A stretch of DNA of 59,566 nucleotides, the filler included, from Sphacelaria rigidula (taxonomy: Eukaryota): NCBI GenBank assembly GCA_964200075.2. It is 3 parts of 3 records of this genome, joined end to end, with 100 filler letters (N's around TTAATTAATTAA, not from the genome) between each part and the next. Parts side by side here need not be neighbours in the genome. Positions count along the whole stretch, not along the records: positions 39,786 to 59,566 come from CAXNAA020000615.1; 2 more parts are not named here. One strand, written 5' to 3'. Positions 48,601 through 59,566 of this stretch are shown here, one piece after another (within the stretch, counting starts at the first letter, position 1; the number at the start of each line of letters is the position of its first letter). The notes below the pieces were generated by a model. It was not told where the DNA came from, made no database searches, and saw only the letters and a program-made list of their open reading frames with translations. The translations under genes were made by a program, and so were the position numbers.

Positions 48601-50423
48601 ATGAAGATGGGTGGACTCCCACAAGTTCCACCTGCAGGAGACAAGAGAAGAACCACCGGAGGGATGATGACAACGATGGAGGAGGCTCTCGCCGCCGCCT
48701 CGGTGGTGGAGGATCCTCTTCGGGCGGCTCCGGATCGAACCGCCCGGCTCGCAATATCCGCGGCGCACCTCGCAAGAAAGCTTGAGGTAATATTTCGGAA
48801 TCTTCCGCGACAGGCTGGAACCGATGTAGTACAGGCCTGCCCCACTCGGGTCCGGCGACACCAAGGCAAGTGATCGCTGAATTGGTAGCTGCTTCGGCCC
48901 GCATTTTAGGTTTATCTGATACGGATACACCTGACCGTCCATTGTCTCCTACTGCAGCCCGCGCTTTAGCAACCGCTGCGACTGACAAAGAACGTTCCGA
49001 AGCTAGTAAAAAAGCAGGTTCCGATAGAGCCGCGTCTGCTCGAGTAGCGATACGCAATACAGAGACAGCATATTCAATTGGGTGTGAAAAAGCTCTGGCA
49101 CATCAAAACCATGCCTGATGCGGATAACGAAGATTCGGGACAGTTTACTTCTGCCCTCATCACGTCCACCCGCCCCACCGTTTGTAACATCCTTCACTTG
49201 GCGGATGCAACTGGCACACATCGTTTCGAAGATTCCGATTGGGTAGAGGGCTGGCAGACTCCCTTGCATAAAGCATTGCATCGATCCATCAGCTGCCGCT
49301 TTCCCGACATCGCTGCTTCTTTAACACAGATCCTCTACGGCTTCCTCGTTGAAATGGATCCGGATCGTGCCAAGGGGAAGACAGGCCCGGTATAGCTCTT
49401 TGATTTAAAGGGGCGTTTGATAGGTTATTTTGACACGAGTGACGAATCCAGCGCCATCCAGAGACTGAGTTATTTTGCTGTTGCATCGGATATCCCCTTC
49501 GCGGATTATCTCCGCTGATTTAAGCTTTTGGTTTCTGGTACTACGGGCGTCGGACGCCAAAACGGACCGAGCGATGCAATGTGTCAGACTTACGTTCGCC
49601 ATAGCGTTGCTCAACATTATCCGGCTCTAATGCCATCGTTGTTTCCGGGTGTCTTGGCGCATCGCGAGGTGCCGTACGCCTATGTTGATACTATGTGGTC
49701 TGCTTTTGTACACCAAGAGGGTAATCTAACGCCCGCCATACGTGGCAAACCTTCTACGTCTGTGCGTTCACAACCTACGGTTGTGTCCTCCGCTCTACCC
49801 AAGGCCTTCGCGGCAGGAATTCGAGCTGATCTCGCGCTTCATGGATCCCCGACTCGGTCGCCGGTTCAGTTATGCATGTTCAGAGTACCAGAGATGTATT
49901 CAGCGCGAGATTTGATGGTTGGCCGTTTTCCGACGAAATTTGGGATGATGTTTATTTGACTTCAACAACGACATTCATTACAGATTATCCCCATTTGCGG
50001 AACCCACTTATTTCGTCTTCCGCTAGACGCAATGCCTTCAGCAGTCATGCCAACAGTTGCATCAACTGTAGTGTTCAAGGTCACAGTATGCGCGACTGCG
50101 ACAGCCCATGCATCAATGCCTTTGATCTCATGAACCCTGAATTGCATAACAATGAACCCGCGTGGCGCCGATGGCAAAAACGCATGTGCGACTATCGCCC
50201 ACCTAATCGAAATTACCGTAACAATCCGAATCAACGTGGCAACAAAAGCTCAACTCGCGGTCGCCGACAAAACAACAGTTGCGCAAGCCCTCGCCAGAAC
50301 GATAAAAATTCTCGCAATAACAAACGTTCCACTGATAGACACCAGCGGACGGGACCGAAACAAAGCTTGAATCCCAGCACCAGAAACCCTGGTACCTTCC
50401 CTACAGATCACCTAGATCCATGA
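45698..50423 (+). pseudogene. gag: Gypsy gag region (fragmented) with a long low-complexity N-terminal part
   Basis: Broken ORFs at 45698, 47401, 48291, 49078, 49528 and 49872. Capsid-like DLKGRLIGYFDTSDESSAIQRL...FADYLR*FKLLV near 49400-49535. CCHC zinc knuckle CINCSVQGHSMRDC near 50058-50099. Confidence 0.7.
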
Positions 50424-50518
50424 CGTGCCAACGCCCGCGTTCTTCGGTCTTCCACGCTACCGACAGCACGAGCGAAGACTTTCTCAACACAGCCCGCGGA
50501 GTTCATGGCTACGATTGC

Positions 50519-50715
50519 TCACCCAACTCCCCCGGCATTATCCAGGAGCGTAACTAACGGCCGTTCAAATCGACCCCCGTCTCCAACCTCCACACACTTT
50601 TCAACAAAGCGCACAGAGCCCGCGACTAAGATTAATCGCCCGGCTCCCCCGGCACTATGCAGAGCGCAACTAACGGCCGTTCATATCGACCCCGGTCTTC
50701 ACCCCTCCACACACC
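50519..50715. repeat. 117-bp-period duplication just after the gag stop
   Basis: CTCCCCCGGCA...AACTAACGGCCGTTCA.ATCGACCCC...CCTCCACACAC at 50527 and 50644. Confidence 0.8.
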
Positions 50716-51684
50716 GCGTAACAGTTGTGTCACCCCATGACTCAGACCTATACCCGGCTCTGAACTTGGTCCTTCAGTGCCGAGTATAAGTCTGAGGTGT
50801 CGGAGGACCAACCGCCAGTCCCTGAGGCAGCGGCTTCCCTCAGCGACCGCACGCACAGGTAGTAGCAAGCCGTCTTCAGCTGACTCAAGTGTTGCTGATT
50901 TGAACTTGACCACACCGGATCATGTAACTCCCAACCAGTTGGATCGAGCTCCTTCCCCGCCATTGTCAACACGCACGGATCTATCTTCGGCCGGTTCTGA
51001 TAACAACCGCCCCAACATATCTTCGGATATGACCCAACAGTCAAGCTTGCCTACGGAAAGCGGCCCTCAAGTCTCGCTCCGTCATGCCCCGATGCTTACC
51101 CCATCCACGCAACTGGACGCAGTTGTGGTGTCATTCCAAAATGTTTTGGAAGTTCCCCGACCTGTGTCACGGCGAAAGAGAAAACCCCGTGAGCATGCTC
51201 CCAAGGATGCGCGCGCATCATCACGTACACCTCTTTCGAGCGGAAATCCTCGACCTCAATCTTCCCAAAATGCGACGACTTTGAGTCCGACGGCTATATC
51301 AAGTATCCCGGAAGAAATAAAATCACATAATGATGACGGCACTACTTTCTCAATGAACGACTCCAACCCCGCACAATCTGGATCCCCCTCGGACGGTGAT
51401 CCCTGTCAACCAAAGACGGTCATTTACGCCAAGGGTTACTCTGACCGTGCCACGCCTGAAAATAATATACCGTCCACCCCCTTCTCTGGTGAGAAATCTG
51501 ACCCACCGGCGGATCACCCGCCGTGCAATTTTGCTGTCAGCCCCGCTGATCCTGACCAATTTACCTTGCCGGAACACGGTCCGGATCTTGTTGGCGGTAA
51601 AGTGTCTGTAGATCCGGCCACTTTCACTACACGCGTTGCGATCAATTCGGTCCAAACGCTACCACGCCTACGAAATGCGTACCC

Positions 51685-54600
51685 TTGTTGGACAGCGGCA
51701 GCCCGCGAACATTTATTAGAGAACCAACATGGAAGCACATGAAATAGATTGGCGCTGCTACTGCAGCTTTAAAAACGACCACCCAACCTCGAGTATGGGG
51801 CGGTTTCGGTGATTCTGCCGCACCACTGACGACACGTAAATCCGTACGTCTCAGTGTGCAGTTCTTTCATAACACCACTCGATCTGCCAGCCTGGCAGTC
51901 TGGGCATACATTGTCCCCGACAGCACAATGCACCACGCCATATTATCGGGCAGAGATAGCTATATGCGGTTTAATAAACGCACCTACCGCACGCTTCCAC
52001 CACTATCACCACATTCCACGCCTCGTGGAGAATTCAACCTCGAGCACTTTGGTACTCTCCACGGCGCCCTGGCCTACCAGAAGAATACTCAAGCAACCGG
52101 AGCTGCTTACCACCTACGATACAACGGTAGCGTTGGTATTACACTCTCCGACGACCCCCAACTTCTTGAAGTTGCACTAGTTCGCCGAAATGGCATGCCA
52201 GCACTTACGAGTAATTATTTTGCCGAAATGTTACCCCGTATTGGCGCACCAGCCGACATAGAACATTTTGCATCGGCGGGACAACAACTCCTCCCTCTTA
52301 CGGGTCATGCTAGCTTGGAACCCGGCGATATTTTAGGAATTGCCGCTGCTCCCCTGATGCACATCCCACTCGAGATGTGCGTAACAGCGCCTGCCGCGCC
52401 AAACGCCACATCTCCGGCCCAGTCAAATTCCGATCCTCCTGCTGAAGTGCTTCAACGCTCATCACCAGGCTCTCGGAATAGTTCCTTGCACATGTGGCAC
52501 TAACTGCCGCCACACATGTGCGACATCAATTTTGACCTTCATGGGCCCGGCTGGGAACTGGCAGTCATCCGAGAACTCAGTGATGTCCTGCTACAGTACC
52601 AAGATCGATTTTCCCGATCCAAGACGGATCTTGGGCATTGCAAAACGCTGCCCTTTGAGGTTACCCTCCAACCCGGCGTCTCGCCGATTTCTTCTCGGCC
52701 ATATCGAACAAACCCGACCCTTACCAAAAAAGTTAACACCATCTTGGATGCGCATTTAGGAGCGGGATTAATCCAACATTCCTCCTGTCCTTGGGCCTTG
52801 CCCCTTGTGGTATTCCCCGAAAAGGATGGAAACATACGAATAACCGTAGATTACCAACGGTTGAAACGCGTCACTGTGGTCGGTAAACTTCCAATTCCCC
52901 GCATTGATGAAGTGTTCGACTCCTTAGGCGAAGAAAAAATATTCAGCACCTTCGACCTCGCTTCTGGATTTTTCCAGAATGCTATTCACCCTGACACAGT
53001 CCCACTAACGGCCTTTTGTACCTCGTCCGGACTCTATGAGTGGCTTCGAATGCCACAAGGCGCCGCCACTGCCCCGGGATGCTTTCAACGCTTAATATAA
53101 CGCGTCACCGAGGGCCTCTAGCACATCATCATGTACGTGGATGACGCTATCGCTTTCGATGCCTCACCTATCGCACATATCCGCACTCTACGATAATTTC
53201 TCTCTCGCCCACGCACGCACGATTTGAAACTGTCTCCATCCAAAGCTCGCCTTGGTGCGACTGACTTGGATTTCTTGGGGCATTCCATTTCGCCAGCAGG
53301 ACTAAATCCGGGTACAAAGTCAAGGCGATGACTGACTTGCCGATGCCACCTAACATTTCTCAACTTCGCTCATTGTTGGGAGGGCTATCCTATTACCGCG
53401 AAGTTTTACCAAATTTATCCAAACGGATTCGCACCCTTACTGAGTTACTCAAAAAAGGATCCGTGTTTTCCTTCACACCCGAAATGCAAAATATCACCCG
53501 CGAATTACTCAAGACGCTCACCGAAAAGCCGGTACTCTGCTTTCCTGATTGGAAGGCAGTACAAGATGGCTCCCGCCCTTTCCAACTCCACAATGACGCC
53601 AGCACAAACGGATTTGGAGGAGTTTTGAATCAATCTCAGGTCGATGGCTCCGTTCGACCCATCCTCTATATCAACCGCGCTACCCTGCCCAACGAGGCCA
53701 ATTGGATCCCGCTAGAACTGGAAGGTGGAGTAATCACTTGGGCCATTAAGCGCCTTCGACAATATCTGTTTCATGTGCCCTTCGAGATCTATACGGATCA
53801 CGGAGCACTCGAACAACTCGCCAAGGTCGGCGAACACAACCCGCGTGCACAACGATGGTTGGAGTTTCTAACAGCATACCAGTATACCATTAAGCACCGT
53901 CCAGGCAAAACCAATGGGAACGCTGATCTTCTTTCTCGCTTACCCCTGCCGCCTACGGCCGCAGATTCCAGCCCGGCTTGCCGTTTAACGGAACCCGATG
54001 AACCCGGAATTTGCGCGATATGACGTTTTTCGACACCCATTTACGCCCTCGACCTCCAGTGCCCGGAAACCGGTATGCATATGGGAGGACCTCGCCCTCT
54101 ACCATATGACGCCGTCTTGGGTGGGTTAAAGCCCACTACCTCCGATTTTGTCGATTTCTGCACTTTCGGTTCTCGCGCAAAGATCTTCGCGGAGACACCT
54201 CCAGTCACCCACCAAATCTCCGACAACAGGCGCTCCTGATCTGCCGCCCGCACCACACCGTGTGCCCCGCCGCCACCGAAAACACCTACAAATTCCACGA
54301 GCCACGCAGCACAAGTTCCACGGACCAGCACGCAACGCTCCGCGAAAACTTCTGCAACGCGCACCACGCGCCACGGACAATCTCCGCCGCGCACTGATAC
54401 AGCCCCGACGCCCATAACGGCGCCGCCAACATCTACCGCTCCCGAGCACGGAGCTGACGACTTAGCTCCTGCTTCCGGGACAGATATTGACATCGGCATT
54501 TCTGCCCTGTTGCCTATTCCCCCGTCGCCTGCCTCACCATGTTTGGTCGGCTCGCCAGCAGAGGGTCAACTACGCGAGTTTCTCGCCAGCTACTCTCACC

Positions 54601-56931
54601 GCGATTGGACTCGCGAACAAACGCAGAACCGCTATGTCGCGCAGCCATGCGGTACTTACAACTCGACTGCCCAGTTCCTTTTACATCCACACTTCTGGCC
54701 CCGGTTGGCGCGCTGCCACCACCAGTTATTTCTGACGTATACGAGCTCGTGCGTAAAGACACTCTTTTTACTATGGATGAAGGTGTTCAACTACTCGCGC
54801 GTCGGCCCACGCCTTTGACAGGCGCAATTTCCGCCTCAACAACGGGACGCCACGCACGACTACGATGACGAACCAACGCGCATAGATGTCCCATCATTAA
54901 TGCGCCCCTGGGTCATGAAAGGCTGTCACTTAGACTTGTCATGTCACCTTGGCGTCACCCGCACCCTAGCGCTCTTGGAACGCTTCTACTAGTGGGTTGG
55001 CATGGAAATTTCAACCCGCTTCTGGATTCGGCGACGCTTCAAATGCCAAGCCCGAAAGACTTCACGACAGACAGTACGCTGGCTCGTCATCTCTATGGAA
55101 CTCCCCGACGAGCCCGGCCACCTTGTGTTCTTTGACTACTTTGGCCCTCTACCGACCACAGGTCGCGGCAATACCTACACCTTATCCTTCACAAACCGCT
55201 TCAGCCGCCACGCGTCCATGTACGCGGTAACCGCCGCAGATTTCACTGCCGCCGGAACGGCCGACATCAAGCACTACGGTTGCCCAAAGCAACTCCTTTC
55301 AGACAATGGTCAGCAATTTGCTCAGATCTTTCTGATGAGCTTTACAAGCTCCTGGGCATCCGCAAAATTGCCACGAGTGCCTACCACCCGAACGGTAACG
55401 GTGGTACCGAAAGAGTTGATCACACCATGGCCCAGATGCTCTCTATGGTTGTCAATGACCGTCAAAATGACTGGGACCTATATCTCTCGCACATCATGTT
55501 GTCCTACAACAACTCAGTTAACGCCGCCACAGGCCTTTCTCCGAACGTATTCCATCTTGAACGCTACCCTCGGCTGCCCATCACCGTGTTCGAGCACCAC
55601 ACGTTCGACGGCCACCAAGGATTGGATCAGGATCAGATATCCTACCACGAGCTCGCACATTCACGACAACGCAAAGCGTTTACCCTCGTGCGCGAACAAC
55701 ACGCTACCAACGCCTCGCGCCTAGAAAGATCTCACACTGCTCTCTACAACCTCATGCACAAACGCCCAAACTGAAAAGTTGGCGATTAGGTTTGGATCTA
55801 CAACACTTTGTCGACCATCCGACAAGGTACCAGTAAGCAGCCAACGAAAGAATTTTGAAGATAAAATTGTCCCTCAATTGGACAGGACCATTCAAGATCC
55901 TGACAGTCAGGCCATCGTCATCATCACTGGATGATAAACCCGTTGGTGACAAACTGCTCCATCTCGACTTGTCTCGCGACTTCCAGGGCAAGGACATCAA
56001 ACCCCGCGTCTCCGTGCACAGATGCAAACCCTGCACAAATCCGCATGATACAAGTGACATGCACAAGTACCTGCTTGCCGGACTCACACAGTATGTCCTC
56101 AACAGCTATTCGACCAAGTCCCCGCCCCACCACGTTGAAATCGACGACGTGACGGAACAGCCTCTTCGATTGACCGTGTCCACAATCCCCGGCCACCAGA
56201 TAAGCCGTGGTCGAGGTAGCAAAATCGCTGCCATGTATAAGACACACTGGCACGGTCTTCGGAGAGCGTCTTGGGAACGCGAATCCGACCTTCAATTGCA
56301 TCGCCGTGCAATCCTCCTGTACTGGACGCAATCCCAACATCAGCATCTTTCTTACGACAAGAAATATCGTAACATGCGTCGTGGCGCAGCAGCCCGCGAA
56401 CTTCACCGCGATCAGGGACTACGCTTCGTCGCCGATGGTTACGAACTTGAACCCACCAAGACTTGTAAGCCGAAGTTCTTCGCAAACCAGCGAATACTGC
56501 CCAAGGGTAACTACCTTTGGTTCAAAGGCAGCGACAACCTCTGGTGGTTGGTTCAGATCCACTCCGCTAACCTGGTTTCGGCCGACACATATATCGTGCG
56601 CTTCACCGATGACCCTGGACCCATACAGCTCAAGCTTCGGCCAGCACTATACACCACCAGCCCATTTGCACCACGCGGATCCTGGTGCCCCCAGCGCACT
56701 TCGCCGCGGTCTCCAGCGCAACATCGACCATACCCACGGCGTCCACGCCCCGCTTTGAACCACGCCCCTTCGTCGCAACTGTTGCCCCACCCCCCATTTT
56801 TCTGTAGCATTGTTTGCCCTCTCTTCTCCACCAGGACCCTCTTCTACGACATCACAACAGGGCGACCTACATCGGACGACGATCGAAGAATTACTGAAGA
56901 CGACCACCGTCTACGACTGCTGAAGCTATAG
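51685..56931 (+). pseudogene. pol: Gypsy pol: aspartic protease, reverse transcriptase, RNase H, integrase, chromodomain (stops and frameshifts)
   Basis: Protease LLDSGSPRTFI (DSG 51691-51699) and ILSGRD. RT: RITVDYQRL, FDLASGFFQ, RMPQG, YVDD (53134-53145). RNase H: NDASTNGFGGVL, IYTDH, NGNADLLSR. Integrase: CHLDLSCHLG..C, DYFGPLP, LSDNG, AYHPNGNGGTER, WTGPFKI. Chromodomain 56170-56325. Confidence 0.93.
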
Positions 56932-57001
56932 TATTCCCTTGCGGCTGGCGCTCGATCTCGTTGGATCACCGATTTTCAGATTTCTGATCTTGCAGTTTTT
57001 T

Positions 57002-57171
57002 GCACCTTTTGATTCCCCCAGGTCGAAGCTCTGCTACCTGTTGTACATTTAGATTCCCCTAGGTTGAAGCTCTGCTCTCTGTTGTACCTTTGGATTTCCC
57101 CAGGTTGAAGCTCTGCTCCCTGTTGTACCTTTGGCTTCCCCCAGGTTAGAGCTCTGCTCCCTGATGTACCT
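57002..57171. repeat. 41-bp tandem repeat (4 units) in the Gypsy 3' UTR
   Basis: CAGGTTGAAGCTCTGCTCCCTGTTGTACCTTTGGATTCCCC-like units at 57019, 57060, 57101 and 57142. Confidence 0.9.
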
Positions 57172-57498
57172 CCCTGTTTCCCCCCCTTGATATTTGCTAG
57201 GACACTGAAGCAATTTGTGCTTCTTCGTTGATCGCTAGCACGCAGGAGCAGCTAGCAGTTTTTCTTCTCCTCGAAGCAGTATATGTTTTCTTTTGAGGTG
57301 TGAGAGTGGGTACAGGAATGTTGGTACGGGATTGTTTCCTGAGAACGCTTTGAGGATAAACGAGTTGGGTACGGGAGTGTTTCCTCACGTATGCTTCATT
57401 AGCTGCTCATGACTTTACGAGTAAAGAAGAACCTTACTTTTAGCTGCTTTGAGGATACATCCTCACAGCTGTAATAAAGGTTCGTGTGGGTGATCAAG

Positions 57499-57952
57499 TG
57501 TCATGAAGATGCATATTAGCCTGTTGTCATGTCGCTTCAGACCCGTTGTCGAGTCTGGCTATCGGTATTTCGGATATTCCAGTATCCAAGACTACAGGTC
57601 TGTTCAGAGTTAGTCGGGTACGAATATGAGCTTGTATGTGGTAGAGATGGTGACGGCAAGATTTATTTGCACAATAGCAGATCTCGCGCCTACCATCTCA
57701 CTACCATCTTCTACCCTCTTCCAGCAAAGAAGTCTAACATCGGTTAGACCGATTGACTGAGCGTGAGATTGGATTGATTGGTTGGATACTGCAAGGTAGA
57801 GACCAGATAATAAAGAAGAAGAGAGAACTGCCCGTGAGACTTTATCCTGTGGCACGTTGTGTGAGGGCCTGGTGCTGGACTGTGCGATCTGAAGATTGTC
57901 CACTTTGCTCTGTAAGCCTGTGCTTGCTATAACAGCGCCGTAACCTCATTCA
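57499..57952 (+). repeat. 3' LTR of the Gypsy element
   Basis: TGTCATGA...CTCATTCA; second copy of 41876-42327. Preceded by a weak purine-rich tract GTGTGGGTGATCAAG. Confidence 0.9.
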
Positions 57953-58339
57953 ATACTTGTTCCTATCTTCAGGTCCTCATGAAGAGTCTCTGCTGCTGCA
58001 TACTACAGGTTGATGATTTCCGAATCGCTTACCACGTTCGAATACATTTTCGAGCAGTACAAGCCTCTGAGCAGCTCAATGTAAGTGGTTGCATTTTTCA
58101 CAACTATCCACGATTTTTGCAAAGAAAACAGGTCAAGCACCGTAATATCTTCTGCCTCGGGCGGCGCGCCTGCGCGGCACCCCTCACTAGCTGGGAGGGG
58201 CGATTAACTGGAAAGAAAATCGATGTACTGGCAAATGACGTGGCCAGTTTCGACCGAACTGAACAGAGCTGATTGTTCACAGCCCTGAAAATAACGCTGT
58301 TTTTTCGTGGGGTTACGGTGTGTTCGATAAATTATGGGA

Positions 58340-58765
58340 ATCTTCACAAATCTTGAAGAATTGACGGGTACCGGGATGAAATTCGCACAGAGATTGCAGA
58401 ACCTATCCGGTAGATATAGGAGGCTTACAGAGAATCCAGAACTCGTTGGGTGATGAAATAAGATTGCATAGGAAATTGAACACGCACCCGGATATTTGCA
58501 CAAGGGTATAAGGGTAAACCTTGTGTACAGAAAATACAGAGCTGTCGGGTTAGGGAAAAGGGGGGTTACAACGACAGTCACGGACCCATTGTGGACCGGT
58601 AGGAGGGTCGTCCGCAAGCCGCAGAGCTATCGAGTGCGATTAGGAAAGCGTTACTGAAGTCACAGATCCATCGAGTAGGGGTATGCAAGTGTTACTGAAG
58701 TCATAAAGCTATTGAGTAGGGCAATGAAAGTCTTGTACAATTCACGACAAACATCGGGTAGGCTG
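58340..58765. repeat. Older relative of the GGGTACCGG/CAGAAC internal repeat of the MITE at 25998
   Basis: GACGGGTACCGGGATGAAATT, GGAGGCTTACAGA, CAGAGCTGTCGGGT and ATGAAAGTCTT match motifs in 26060-26490. Confidence 0.5.
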
Positions 58766-59014
58766 AACACTGCTCTCAGCGCCGGGCCTCCTTTCGGTAC
58801 AATATTTTGGCTGACAGTCTCGCGGGATACTGTAGGTGCAACCATGTACTGTACCAAAACAGTTGTGACAAATGGGTGGTACAGACAACTGCGTCGTCTA
58901 CAGACAGTAAGACGTGAAAAAATATTTGAATAATGTGCGATACAGCCAGTGTAATCCTGCCTTTGCTGTACGCATACAGTAGGATGTAAAAATGAGCTGA
59001 CCAATGTGCAGTAC

Positions 59015-59192
59015 ACCGCAGAAGGAAGAAGAAGTAATAAAAACAAACAAACAATCGAATTTCCTGTGTTGACCTTCCTCCTGTGTGATCCCGACTGATG
59101 CGCCCACATATACCGAAAGGTGGAGATCGGCGTCTGGAACAGATCGGACGACAACGCACAACACACTACACACTACACACAGCACACAGCAC
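59015..59192 (+). mobile_element. 3' fragment related to the SINE at 18557 (tail type 1)
   Basis: CCTGTGTTGACCTTCCTCCTGTGT...CCCACATATACCGAAAGGTG...GGACGACAAC is shared with 18804-18905; ends in an ACAC-type simple repeat. Confidence 0.75.
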
Positions 59193-59566
59193 AGTACTGC
59201 CTGTGCTATCTGCGTACAGTAGGGTGTAAAAACGGATTCGAAAATCATCTATCTATCATAGCCCTAACATTTTAGGAAACGGAACGCTGCACAAGGAAAG
59301 GGTCTAGGGGGGAAAAGTAGAAGAGAAGGAGTGAGGGATGATACAGTAAAATGGAGAACGTACTATTTGAATTGGCGACCCTAAGAGTGGATTGCATCGT
59401 TTGCTATATTTGCTTGCGGTGTGCCTCTAGCAGCAGGATGGAGAAATGCTCCGGACGTGGAAAGGTGCAGACTTTTTCCATAATATTCAGTCCATAACAA
59501 CAAATTGTGCGAGTTGAGGTTTAACTCCGAGATGAGGTTCAAGCCTAAAACAGTGCTTTCCCCACA

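Larger units (their letters stand above)
41876..57952 (+). mobile_element. Ty3/Gypsy LTR retrotransposon with chromodomain integrase, degenerate, ~16.1 kb
   Basis: Direct LTRs at 41876-42327 and 57499-57952 enclose gag-PR-RT-RH-INT in Gypsy order. There are many stops and frameshifts. The TSD is imperfect (ATAA/ATAC). Confidence 0.93.

Noticed and set aside
57002-57171. CRISPR-like periodicity
   Set aside because: Plain tandem repeat without spacers inside an LTR element.

Overview
Eukaryotic, intron-rich, repeat-dense genomic DNA, most likely a brown alga (Phaeophyceae). This is inferred from the stramenopile-type eEF2 with a G-domain insertion and from the intron style. The window is joined across one 10-N gap and two ~100-bp N gaps carrying an artificial TTAATTAATTAA linker. 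It holds three main things. (1) A complete 16-exon eEF2 gene on + (ATG 3746 to TAA 17451, 880 aa). (2) Nine exons (21351-39246, +) of the C-terminal half of a GMC-family long-chain fatty alcohol oxidase-like gene, with introns full of TE debris. (3) A decayed ~16-kb Ty3/Gypsy LTR retrotransposon (41876-57952). Smaller elements include tRNA-headed SINEs, LINE 3' ends, MITEs/TIR elements, a solo LTR, hairpins and minisatellites. The most notable observations are a LINE whose copies sit between poly(C) runs instead of ending in poly(A), a Gypsy integrase ending in a chromodomain plus a second PWWP/Tudor-like module, and SINEs that share a tRNA head and central core but have different 3' tails. 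All homology calls are by eye; no searches were run.
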